From: Squalus acanthias | Lineage: Eukaryota | DNA length: 64,000 bases | Reading direction: 5' to 3' | Assembly: GCA_030390025.1 (NCBI GenBank) | Contig: CM059432.1 | Span: 18,106,001 to 18,170,000 of the forward strand | Shown: one piece after another, positions 52,261 to 64,000 of the stretch | How the letters are laid out: each line of letters starts with the position of its first letter | Numbering within the stretch: the stretch's first letter is position 1 | Notes under the pieces: model-generated | Told to the model about the DNA's origin: nothing | What the model saw: the letters and a program-made list of their open reading frames with translations, nothing else | Database searches by the model: none | Translations under genes and position numbers: made by a program

Positions 52261-54610
52261 ATGGAACGGATTCTGATAGTGCTCGCAACGATCGGATATG
52301 GATTGGCCTATCGGGGCCTCACCAAGGATGTCGTTGTGTTTGGTTGCTCCGGGGACACGGCCCCCATCGCGACGGATGGGACCGGGGAGCGAAAGGCTGA
52401 GGAGACCGCCACTTATTTCCACAAGGGAAGGTGGCCGGGATGGCTGGGAACGAATTCGACGGAATACTCCAGCGCATCCGGATTTGCCTACAAAGAGACT
52501 TCTTTACTGTGCCCCAGAGTGAGGATCATTGCACCCAGAATCAGCGTCACCGTCGGCAAAAGGATTTGTTTGACATGCAATGGGAAGGTCCCATTGAGCC
52601 GATGGTGGTGGTTACGGAAATTAAGCAAGACTATGAGAAATTCCTCGGTTGAGTGGGAACGATTGGGTAACAATACCCATCGGACAATTACGGGGACTAA
52701 CGGACAATTGAAAGTCTGTTGGGACAAATGGTGGGAACCGGATGAGGGAATATATGTTTGTATGTGGGGATCGAAGTACGTTTGCCCCAAGGGTATATCC
52801 ATATTTTTCGTACACCAGTGGCAGGATAACGGGAAAGGGATGAGGTGGGATGTTAGCACCAAGGGGTGCGGAGCTCCATTCTCCCCGATCCCGGTAAACG
52901 CCACTGAACTCATCACGCGCCCACGCAAGTCTCCGCCCGCGATTCCGGTGGTTTTGGCTCAGGAGGAAGGGTGCCCTAAAACCACTAAGGGGACCGGGAA
53001 TGGTTTGGTACTGGTCCCAACAGACCAGATACTATTTCAGGGGGTACATTACGCGGTGGCTTCGGTGATTCTAAATCTCACCGAGGTGCGTTTACCAGAG
53101 TGGTGTCCCAAAGAAACGGAACAATTGTACCAGGTCCTGTTGACAAACATGTTCAGACAATTCTACGAGTTTGATTTTGCAGAGATTGACAAAAAAAGCT
53201 TGTACACCACACCACACGAAGTTTTGGGTCAGGTGGGGAGACAAAGAAGGGGTGTTGTGAACGATGTGTTCACTGCTTTTAATACAGGAACATCTGTGGT
53301 CAACGCTCTAGACAACGTGGAGCTGCAGACCCAGATCAATGGTTTAAAAACACAATTGAAAAGCATCCTCACAAGCGAAAACAAGGTAGTAGGGTCTGAG
53401 TTACACGAGGACCAGGCCATGACACTACACTTAAAAGAGATTATAGCAGAGCTGGAGAAGCATGCGAGAACGGTAAATGCCCTGATCAGGGAAGATCGAA
53501 ATGCATCCGATCAAGCTGCGCAGAACGAGGTGTGCGTACTATACGGGGCGTGGTTACTGGGCGAGGGCCGCAGTAATTTGGAGGATTTAAAACAAGGTTT
53601 GGTCCCGTCCTGGATAAGTAACAAACACCTGCAGGTGCTCCAACCTTTTCAGAACGCATTAAGCCCGTGCCAGTTCAGGCTAGCCTCAGAGGCATACCCA
53701 GTCCCCGTGGACTGCGGACGGTCAAACCATACTATCATGGGTATAGTACTACGTATGCCGGTGTTGGGCAACACAGCAAAGCCCGCCCCGGTGTATCGGG
53801 TGGAGAACATTGTTGTCATTCAGGGGGGAGCCCACATTCGCTACGCAGCGGTCCCACCTTACGTCATCCGCTGGGAGCAAACGATGACAGGTACCGACCT
53901 ACCGGGTTGTCGTGGCCGGGGAGCACACATAATACTGTGTCCCCAGCACTTGAATGCCTTTCTAACACCACAATGCGGGTTCAGAACGGCTGGCGCCAAG
54001 CCCATGAATTGCACCATGGAGGCAATGACACAAGATCATGTGCCTCCGCAGGTGGCATACATAGGGGGTGGAACATATTGCGTTACCACTGCAGCGCAAC
54101 ACTACCAGCATGGAAACCACAGCCGGTGTCCGGTGAGTGACAGCAGTTTCTGTTTTAAACCCAGGGCTGAAGTTCAAGTGGCACAACAGCGAATTGTCCC
54201 GATCCCTGAACCATCCTGTTCATCTTAATGTAAAAGAGAATTTCACCGACTTGCAGCGATTCGTCGCGCGTTTCGGATACATCATTCCCCCTCTCCCTGT
54301 ACACCTCACCAAACTTTTGAAAGCCGTTGCGGTATCACAAAAACATTTTTACACCCTGGAACAAAAGACTGTAGAAATAGGGACAGAAATTTTGGACATA
54401 GTAATCCCACCGTGGTGGGATCTGTTCACTAATATTGAAGTTCCTTCATGGATCAGGATAGCCTCCCACATTTTGGTAGTGTGCCAAGTTATAATTGTAG
54501 TGTACCTATTGGTCGTGCACTGCAAAAGAGGCAAACGCCTCACAAAGCAGGAGAACACAGGGGAGTGGAGAGAACGTTACGTGCGCGTGAACGAAGAGAG
54601 TACTGCGTAA
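52261..54610 (+). pseudogene. env: env: signal peptide, Ig-like domain, class I fusion (F-like) ectodomain, TM; one frameshift near 54215
   Basis: Hydrophobic N-terminus; RQRR|GVVNDVF cleavage site and fusion peptide; heptad repeat; Cys-rich region; TM ILVVCQVIIVVYLLVV in the 54137-54610 frame. Confidence 0.88.
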
Positions 54611-54995
54611 ACGGCCAGGATGACGCCGCTCCATTTTTACCATGTGTGTTTTTGTAATTGATTATTGGTTATGAATATGTGTAACTAAGTTTTTGGAACT
54701 TTGTATTTTAAAAGAGTTGTCTTGATTATTTTTCCTTGTATAATAAAAACGTGCATATACAGGTGGTGCGAGAGGCATCGGCCTGTTGCACCTGGAAGGC
54801 GTATTCGCAATGTAAGTTTAAAGGCAATACTGCCTACGGTTTGTCCAAGTTTAGACAATATAATTTCCCTGGGAAATGAGGACGGCACGGAGGCCATAGA
54901 TAGTTTAAGTTAAGGGAGTGTTTGGATGTGGAGAATCGGGATAATTTTGCTCACCACCACTTTTAATTGATACGATAAGCGGAGTTATTCGCATC

Positions 54996-55007
54996 AACAG
55001 GAGGGAC
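54996..55007 (+). promoter_or_regulatory. Polypurine tract
   Basis: AACAGGAGGGAC directly before the 3' LTR. Confidence 0.7.
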
Positions 55008-56699
55008 TGTAAAGTTTCGCAATTATCGCGATTCGAAATAACAAGATAGAAGCAGATTCGGTTGATCAGTTTATTTAAACGAAATGCTGTCCTGATATAA
55101 AGGACACAGAAGCCTGTAAAATGGCCGCCGAGCATCGTGGCAGAAGCTTCCAGAATTACAGTGGGCAGACAAGATGGCGTTCGAATATACATTTCAATAT
55201 AAGACGGGATCATGCTCGATGGGCACTGATGGAGACAGGATGCAACCTGTTTGCATTCGAAACAATAGCAAAAGATGTGAGTGCTGGAATCGTTTTCCAT
55301 GCACAAGTAAGGACCATTGTACTGGGCAATCGAAGGCCCATTCAGACACATCAATACACAAATACCCCCACGGCTCTACAATGAGAGAGCCATTCTCGGG
55401 TGATTAAACCAGTATTCGGGGGCCCCCAAAACCCAGCCAGGGAGGCTCCTAGCCGGTCCAACAATGAGGAAAACATTAACGGGTAGTTGGCCAGTTTCAG
55501 GTGCTACCGAAACCCGTTAAGGAAAGAATCGCCCCATGCTGGGAGTTTTGAGCGCCAATATTTCACAAAGGACAAACATTAAGATTTGAGCAGGAGATAA
55601 GGGGACACAGCACTATAACTATAGACAACAAATGTCCATCGCTCTCTTATTCGCTTGATTCGTGCTCTTATCTCTGCGGACTCTTGACTCGGGCTGAACT
55701 CTGCTGGACGAGCAGCCTTCTGTGTTTTCTCTGGACTCTGTTGACTCTGGACTTTCAGCCACACTGGACGGTTATTTGAATGTTGGGTGGAGCTCAATTG
55801 GAACGAGTCGCCCCGATGAAGGCCAGTGACCGGGTGCACCATCCCGAGAGTCGGTAAACGGTGTTTGGACCCGAAGGCCCAACAAGACGAGACGAAATGA
55901 CAAGAGAAGAAGAAGAATCCACGTGCCGCCGCGGTCAGTAAACCCCGACCGCGCCCGAAAATATACGACCCATTTCTTGAACTCTACAGGTTACTGCACG
56001 AACCGGTCAAAGACTCTTCTTTGAATTCTACCGGCAACTGGTGTCGGTACAGGAAGACTTTTCTTTGAGTTCTACAGCCGGGCCCGAGTGCTGTCGAGTT
56101 CTTCATGACAACGGGGAGCCCAGCCTGCTTGTCGCAGCAGCGAAAATAAACAAGTGGGGTACAGAGACCCCTCCAAACACGTGACAGTCAGGCGCTGCAG
56201 CGAAACGAGCCGAGTGCCTCACTTTAAAATTCTCCGAAGTATCACGAGTGGTGAGCATGTTTCCCGATCCTACAAATCTAGATGTAGTGTAGGTATTGAT
56301 AGGGGAGGGTGGTTTTATTAAGGATAAAGTATAATGTGTTCCCCTTTTTACGATGTGCCGTGCGTTCTTCATTACCATAGACCAAGCTTTATGAATGTAT
56401 GTATACTTGTACTCTCGTTAATTTGCGCCTATGACATGTACTTCATGATCTTGGACGCTATGCAATAAAGATTTCCATTTCGTACTATTCAACCGGGTCT
56501 ATTTTGAGTTTTTCTCTGCATTACTGCTCTCGCACCTAAGTCCAGTGTTAGAACCGTAAGGGCGAGTGGGTTGAACCACTCACAGGTGCTTATTGCAACA
56601 AGGCTGGCCGGAGACCAGAGCAAGCAATAGTATTAGGCAACGAAGGCCTAACCTCGCACCAGCACCGTCTGCGATACAAGCACGACAAAACCCCTTACA
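55008..56699 (+). repeat. 3' LTR (1692 bp)
   Basis: Same length as the 5' LTR, about 21 substitutions, no indels seen. Confidence 0.97.
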
Positions 56700-58604
56700 G
56701 AGGTGAGGGTGCTACCAACTGAGCCACGGCTGACACTAATTCACAGTTTTTCTATTTAATCTCACCCTGTTTATTTGCATGTTTCTAAAATCCAATTTTT
56801 CTCATTGATTTACAAGCAAAATCCTGCTACAAGAACACCTTTTCCCAGTATAAGAGAAATTTCTAATAATAGATCCACGTCTCCCATTTCCTGGAACTAC
56901 AGGTGTCGCTTAGGATGGAAACAAAATGCTTGCTGTCACTCAATTAAGGATGCATTCATCATATAGTTCTTTATTTTCAGCTTTTAAATTAAAATTTTAG
57001 GAGTTTTTCAGCTTTTTATTCGCAAAAGATTAAATCCAGTTAAAAGTCAGCTGAAAAATTCAATGGGATGTATTTCCTCAGGACTTCTCATATTCCACTG
57101 CTGTAAACAGTGTTAGCGCCGAATATCCGCCAAAGTAATGGTGGTGGACTGGGATAATCGCTGAGTAAATTCATCCCCAATTTTACAAAGAATTCAACAA
57201 ACCTTTCGCATAATTATCCACTGAGGGCTGTATTTTTACTCCATGTGTTGATTTTAGTGAAAATGTAGATCTGAGTGACAACTTTATACTGAGGGAACAA
57301 CCTTATACTCAAAAAGCAAAATGCTGCGGATGCTGGAAATAAATCCAATTATTATGAAATAGGAACAGAAAATGCTGGAAACACTCTGGAGGTCAGGCAG
57401 CATCTGTCCAGAGAGAAACAGAGTTAAGGGCCCCGTAAATATCGCTCGGAGTGGGAGGGAAGAGTTATGAATGGGAAACCTGGAAGTACGGATTTCCCGA
57501 CCGTCCTGCGGTTTTTAACTGGATTCAGCCCTTCTCGCCTCCTTTTACCTGCCGGGTTTCCTGAGGCCTGGGGAACCCAACCGACATCAGTTAAAAATAG
57601 AAATCTTGTTAAAATGGAGGCTCGCAGCCTTCTTAAAAGGTTTTACCGACCGACCCGCCTCTTGAGAGCAGATTGGTCACCCGCCTCCATTAATGCCAGA
57701 ATTGGGCGGGCTCGAGGCAGGTTGGGGTCTTGTTTCAAATTTTTTAAATTTTAACTTCTCATCCAACCCAAACCCACCCATTTTTGGGGGTTAAAATTAC
57801 CCCAATGTTTCAGGTTGATGACCAATGAGATATCTGGTGGTATCAGCCTTGAAAGTATACTTTGAGATACTAATGTATCAATGATTAATGCACCAAAATG
57901 AAATTCCTTTCCCTGCTATTCTAAAAGAAGCATTAATCTGTTTAATCTATGTAAACTCTATGTAATTCTAAAAAAAAAGTGGGCTACGACCTCTGTCAAA
58001 ATAATGAAGAAACCTCTTGAATGATCATTAGCCAGTGTCTCACGGCATAATTGTTTGGTCTTTAGTTTTATTTGTTTCATATTGTAGTTTAGGTTATACA
58101 CATAATTTATTACTTTTTGATGGTGTACTGGAGGAAGAGATGAGAGAAAACTGGACAGATCTCACCAGATGATATCTTCATATGCAAATGAGAGACACAA
58201 ATTTGTGAGACAAATCTTGTGAGACTTGAGCACAACATCCAGGCAAACACTTCAGTGCAGTACTGAGGGAGGTGCCGTCTTTGGATGAGTCGTTGAGGCC
58301 CCATCTGCCCTCTCAGGTGGATGTAAAAGATCTCATGGCACTATTAATTAAAAACAAAGAGCATTCATCTTGAAATAAGTTTGAAACGTGATACTACCAT
58401 GATCTGCTCTGTGAGCAGAGTTGAAGTAGATCAGGTGCACTTACTCATAGTAAATCTGACCACAGATTAAGTAATTAAAGAGTTTGCCTTTGGCAGCACA
58501 TCTTTTCATCACATTTTTCAGTCTTCGGAGCAATCACACCTCAAAGTGTCAAACTTCAGGGCATCATACCTCATAGTGTCATACGTTTATCGATCAAAAA
58601 TCCG

Positions 58605-58915
58605 TCTTTCGAATGAGACGTTAAACCGAGGCCCCATCTGCCCTCTCAGGTGGACGTAAAAGATCCCATTGCACTATTCGAAGAAGGGCAGGGGTGTCCT
58701 GTCCAATATTTAACCCTCAACCCACATCACTAAAACATCGTCTGGTCATTATCTCATTACTACTGGTTGGACCTTGCTGTGCATAAATTGGCTGCCGTCT
58801 TTCCTCCATTACAATGGTGATTACCCTTCAAAAGTACTTCATTGGCTGTAAAGCATGTTGGAACATCCTGGAGCCGTGAAAGACGCTATATAAATGCAAG
58901 TTATTTCTTTCTTTT
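58605..58915 (+). mobile_element. Deu-SINE 3' part (a further fragment at about 58220-58345)
   Basis: GAATGAGACGTTAAACCGAGGCCCC core and L2-type tail. Confidence 0.75.
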
Positions 58916-58946
58916 CTTTCCAGTGATTGGCTGATATGAGCATGTA

Positions 58947-61414
58947 GGGCTAAAAATTTGGGGGCTTTACGGCACCCGTTACCCGCAAAAAATCACAAAA
59001 ATCTTTCTCCAGCTGGCGGCGGGTCTGGCAGTGTCCTCGGTTTTCCTTGGCCCAGCAGCGCTGCCGGTAAGATGCATCGCCCTGCAAATTAAAATGAGGG
59101 AGCAATGACTGCGCGCCGACTTAACGTCAGCACGGCGAACTTGGACCTTTGCGTTGTGTTCAGCGCTGGCTCCTAAACTCGCCCTGTAAACGCAGCGTGC
59201 AAGCAGACTCACAGAGGCACTGTCAGCAGCTCTTAAAGGGACACACACATCTTTCAGGTAAGTTTGCATTGAAGCTTTTGGACTGGTTTTTTTTTATTTT
59301 ACTCAAGTAGCGGCTTGCTGCAATAGATGTTAAAAGTTTTTTAAGTGTGTAGGGTGTGCTGCTGGATGCTTGCAAGGCCTCAGATAGTAAATGAAGGCCT
59401 CTGAGAAGACAGAAAATGCTGCCAATACTCAGCTGGTCAGGCAACATCCGTGGAGAGGGAAACAGAGTTCATGTCTCAGGTTAAGATGCTGCCTGACCTG
59501 CTGAGTATTTCCAGCATTTTATGTTGTCATTTCATATTTACAGCATCCGCTCGCAGAGGGAAGAGGAAGACGCAGAAGGGGAAGAAACAGAAGATGAGGA
59601 AGCAGAAGAGGAGGAAGCAGAAGATGAGGAAGCAGAAGAGGAGGAGGCAGAAGAGGAGGCAGAAGAGGAGGAGGCAGAAGAGGAGGAAGCAGACGAGGAG
59701 GAGGCAGAAGAGGAGGAGGCAGAAGAGGAGGAGGCAGAAGAGGAGGAGGCAGAAGAGGAGGAGGCAGAAGAGGAGGAGGCAGAAGAGGAGGAAGCGGAAG
59801 AGGAGGAGGCAGAAGAGGAGGACGCAGAAGAGGAGGAAGCAGACGAGGAGGAGGCAGAAGAGGAGGAAGCAGAAGAGGAGGAAGCAGAAGAGGAGGAGGC
59901 AGAAGAGGAGGAAGCAGAAGAGGAGGAAGCAGAAGAGGAGGAGGCAGAAGAGGAGGAAGCAGAAGAGGAGGAAGCAGAAGAGGAGGAGGCAGAAGGAAGG
60001 ATGCAACCCAGACAGCCTCTATCTGGCTGGGATATCAGGGATGGAATCAGCCGCCTGCGGTCCCAGTGACCACAACCCCAATTCCCTTTTCAACTTTAGT
60101 CCCATATCTTACCTTCCCTCTGTTACTGACCATCACAGCGTCCTCTTGGCCACAATGCTGAAATGAAAGCCACCACAAAGCAAACTTTCCAATCCAACTT
60201 TATACATCTATCTATCCAATATGACATCAAGAAATCAACTCATCACCCTTATGCATTCTCTTAGTGACTGTCTTGTATGGGCCTTTGCCTATCCTACTCA
60301 TGTCACACAGGTGGCTGGGAGTGTCAAATCAAATGACAGTGTTTCTTCTTCTTCTTCACTCTCCTCTCCCTCTTCTTGGTCAAGCACTGGCTGGGCAGGC
60401 TGCATTTCTTGGGTGTGTGAAATGAGGAAGGCACAAGGGTGGAGTTGTGTGAGGGGAGGGTGGGAAAGCAGAGGTGCATGCCAGAAGGAGGATAACGTAT
60501 GAGGATACTCAGCATCTTGTATCCTTTCAGCCCCTGGCCAAGGGCTCAACCGTGCCCCTGCCAAGAAGGGCCTGCACTGTCTCCTCCAAGGGGGTGAGGT
60601 GAGGTGAGGGAGATGTGCCTCATCATTGGTACAGATTGTTGGTAGGTGAGTGATTGGGGGAGGGGAGGTCATGCATTGAGCAGTGTGTGAGGCTAGTGGT
60701 GCAGTTGGTAGGAGACGGCTTTTGAAGATGCAGTCACTGACCTTGACCAGTGGTCTGAAGTCATGAAGCTTCTTTGGGCACTGGAGCCAGGTGGTGTGGG
60801 CGACACTGCTGGCAGTGATGCCCTCGGTGATGTGGTCCCACATCAATCTTTCTGGAGAGCCTCCTGACCACTGTGGGTAGAGGACCCCTCTTGCAGTGTT
60901 GACCCCCTGCACAAAGCTGGAGTGCTGCGTGCGAGACCCTGACGGCCCCTTCCCTGGCTTGCCATTTGTGTTAGTGCTGAAGCATGTTTCCCATTTTTTG
61001 AGATTCGGAAGGTAATTCAGCTTTAAGTGCTGAAGACTCCCATTTGGGACTTCTTTTTAATGTTTATTTTTTTTTTAAAAGGCAGTGAGGGCTGAAAACT
61101 GCCTTTTTTCACTTCATTTTAATTTTTATTAGTTCAGAAGGCATTGCCCTTTTAATTTCCCACTATTCTGAGCGAACTCGATAGCCTTGCTACCAGAGGC
61201 TGGAATGCCGCTTCAGGACAGGAACTTCGACTCCCATGCCTGCGCTAACGCCACCAGGAGGGCGTTACACGGTAAGTTAGCGCTGGGCTAAAAACCTTTA
61301 GCCCCTAGTGCGAATTTTTCCCTGGTAGCACTTCGTCCATTTTCAACGGCCGTTAACCCGAGTTGCTGGTGACACTGGACACTCTCGTGGTGACCTCATA
61401 TTTCCCCCCCCCCG
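58947..61414. mobile_element. Internally deleted Harbinger element
   Basis: Minus-strand Myb remnant WLQCPKKLHDF (60298-60965) convergent with an acidic transposase-like C-terminus (59550-60069); ends uncertain. Confidence 0.55.
59557..59995 (+). repeat. 15-bp purine minisatellite (GAGGAGGARGCAGAA)n encoding EEEAE
   Basis: About 29 units visible directly. Confidence 0.95.
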
Positions 61415-61719
61415 TAGTTTTTAAGTTTCTAATCAAATATCCAATTGAGTAAACATGAACAAATTAAAAGCTCCTTGGTTCAGTCAGTAGGTATTAATGA
61501 AGGATGAGTGTGCATCAGAAAACTGAGCAATGAAATCTCTCAAACTTTTTTCAAAGCCACAATCTTGAACTGGCGAGTGGGTGAAACCAATCAATCAAAT
61601 TGCTCAAACCTTTTGTGAACTTAGTTTGAGCTGTCATACAGTTAACTTCGACTGGACGAGCAGTGTGTCTAACTCTGTTCAAGAGTTTGTTTAAGTTCAA
61701 GAGATCGCTAATTCCTTTC

Positions 61720-63958
61720 GGGGGAGAAATTTGGTTGGTTAGCACCTCCCGTTAGTGCCTCCGGGGGGCGCTAACAACTTACCGCCCGGGCGTGGCGATG
61801 TTAGCGCCACCGGCGAAATTCACCTGGCACTTTGCGGTGGCGCTAACCACGACTGTCACGATCTCCTGCGCCCGGAGATCGTGACGTCATCCAGCTGCGA
61901 ATCGCCTCGGTAGTGCCCCGGACCGGAAATTCATTTTCGCCCCCTGCCTCAGCGCCTGCCGTTAGGAACGACAGGTAGAGGAGGTGGTTTGCAGTTGGCT
62001 GGGAGCTAAGGGAGCGCGATTTAAAGACGTGAACTTGCAGCTTTTTTCTGTCAGCAAACAATGCTGCCTTGTCACTTTGACAGAAGCAGACAAGCGTTTT
62101 GACCCATTTGAGATTTTCCTGCTTGAAGGAGTTTTGCTCCTGACAAAAATTTATCAGGTTCATTTGTCTTACTTTTGATACTGCAACATTTCCAACACTG
62201 AATGGGGGCTGTACTGGCACTGGACCTCATCCTCCAGCGTCACCGTCAGAGGCAGCGGAGGCGGAGAGAGAGAGTGGAAAACGTGGCCAGAGGGAGGAGG
62301 GCCAACAGGGCTCTCAACAGGAGGCCTTCCCCTCCCAGGGTATTCCGGGAGCACTTCTCCTACATTCATCTCTCAGAGGAGCAGTGCCTTAGAAGGCTCC
62401 GCTTCATCAAGGAGGTGGTCACAGAGCTCTGCCACCTCCTGCAATCAGAGCTCCAGCCTCAGCTCAGGACCAGAACGTCTCTCTCAGTGGCAGTGAAGGT
62501 CACAGTCGCTTTCAAATTCTACGCCAGCGGCTCCTACCAAGCTTCAACAGGGGATATTGCAAACATTTCACAGTTCACCATCCATTGCTGCATCCGGGAG
62601 GTGACAGATGCACTGTACAGAAGGAGAAGGGAGTACATCTCATTCCCCATGACCAGAGACAAACAGCATGAACGTTTATGTGGCTTTGCCAGGATAACAG
62701 GCTTCCCCATGGTTTAGGGCGCCATTGATTGCACCCACGTGGCATTGCGGGCACCTCCTCACAATGCAGAGGTGCTCCGCAACCGCAAAGGCTACCACTC
62801 TCTGAGCGTTCAGTTGGTGTGCGACCACAGACAGCGCATCCTCGCCGTCAATGCCCGCTATCCTGGCAGCAGCCACGATGCATTCATCCTGCAACAGTCC
62901 CATCACTGTTCCACCCACCACATGAAGCTCGCGGCTGGCTGCTCGGAGCGAAGGGTTATCCACTCGCCACCTGGCTGATGACACCCCTCCGCAACCCCAA
63001 CATTCCTGCTCAGCACGCAATGACAGCCATACCGCCACCAGGAACCAGATCGAACAGACTATCGGGGTGCTGAATCAACGGTTCCGCTGCTTTGACCGCT
63101 CTGGAGGAGCCCTGCAGTACTCCCCTGATTGAGTCTCCCTTTTCATTGTTGTGTGCTGCATGCTGCACAACCTGGCCATTCTGAGGGCTCAGCCACCAGG
63201 GATTGCAGGTCCACCTCAGGAGGAGGAAGAGGGAGAGGAGGAGGACAAGGTGAAAGAGGAGGATGAAGAGGAGGGGGAACAGCACCAACGTAGGAAGGAG
63301 CCACTCAATGTTGCTTCTGCAAGGGCCGTTCGTGATCGCCTTATTACACAGTGCTTCCAATAAATGAGACAGCACATGGCCTTTGCGCAGAACAACCACA
63401 TCATTATAGCCAGCTCGCAGCGCCTATCACCGGGCAAAGGTCAAATGAGAAACATCACAAAATTTACTAGGTCGAAATAAACATTTATTATTCTGCACAA
63501 CTCTCTCATCAAACACAACCAATAATAAACAAACAACAATTTATCAACAAACACAACTGGTTCTTTGCAAATGGAACTATTTTTTACCAAATTGAACAAT
63601 ATATTTACAAACACATCAATTTTTGTACACACACTCCCCCCATTTGCTATTAACATTTTATTTACTGGGCCTTCCTCAATGATTTCCCTCCCCTTTGCAA
63701 TTCCCCCGTCCCAATCTTACTGCTCCTCCGTAATGTGGCCCCAGTGGCTGCAGCAAGGCTGGTGGACGGCTGCTGAGTCTGGGAGCCAGAGACTGCAGAT
63801 GGCCTTGCAGGACGCCCTCGACCAGCTCTGGGCCTGGAAGGCCCGGCTGCAGACTGCACCAACTCAGCATGGGCGGCAGCAGTCTGGGCTGGCTGGGTTA
63901 CAGGCTGCGACAAGTGCAATAGCGGAGTGGCAGTGGTGGGAGCAGGAATGCTGTCATC
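61720..63958. mobile_element. Harbinger transposon (left end, transposase, 3' end of convergent Myb gene); runs to the window edge
   Basis: GGGGGAGAAATT end; transposase motifs; minus ORF 63662-63919 resembles a Myb-protein C-terminus. Confidence 0.8.
62202..63363 (+). pseudogene. Harbinger transposase pseudogene
   Basis: GFPMV*GAIDCTHV, NRKGYHSL, PGSSHDAFIL, IEQTIGVLNQRFRC; stops and frameshifts. Confidence 0.9.
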
Positions 63959-64000
63959 CTGAGGAAGGGGCGATCGATAGCTCCGAAAGCTTGTGATTTC

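Larger units (their letters stand above)
43523..56699 (+). mobile_element. Full-length env-bearing LTR retroelement / endogenous retrovirus, lokiretrovirus-like
   Basis: Paired LTRs, GAGG TSD (43519-43522 and 56700-56703), PBS, PPT, gag-pol-env order, dual RNase H, F-like env; the lineage label is inferred from architecture only. Confidence 0.93.

Noticed and set aside
59405..59530. Short palindromic elements (also near 17495, 40225, 42850-43060, 57320) as structured ncRNAs
   Set aside because: A recurrent dispersed fold-back repeat family; nothing supports a distinct RNA gene.
59450..60166. Protamine-like RRQKR ORF and Cys/Leu-rich antisense ORF
   Set aside because: Alternative frames of the 15-bp minisatellite.

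Overview
Repeat-saturated vertebrate genomic DNA with no recognisable host gene. HE1-type V-SINEs, Deu-domain SINEs and esterase-ORF1 CR1 LINEs point to a cartilaginous fish (inference). The centrepiece is a young, structurally complete 13.2-kb provirus at 43523-56699. It has two 1692-bp TG...CA LTRs (about 21 mismatches counted by eye), a GAGG target-site duplication, a tRNA-Arg-like PBS and a PPT. Its gag has a coiled coil, an overlapping PSAP/PPxY late motif and a CCHC knuckle. An in-frame UGA-CUAG junction leads into pol (PR-RT-degenerate RNaseH-second RNaseH-IN). The env resembles paramyxo/pneumovirus-type class I fusion proteins and appears to carry an N-terminal immunoglobulin-like domain. 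The architecture fits a lokiretrovirus-like endogenous retrovirus; the Ig-F fusion env is the most novel-looking feature. The rest of the window holds a near full-length CR1 LINE, several PIF/Harbinger transposons (one with both TIRs, TSD, a spliced Myb/SANT gene and a transposase) and their MITEs, L2, Zenon-like and RTE LINE fragments, many SINEs and two local inverted duplications. All calls are from motif reading; no database searches were run.
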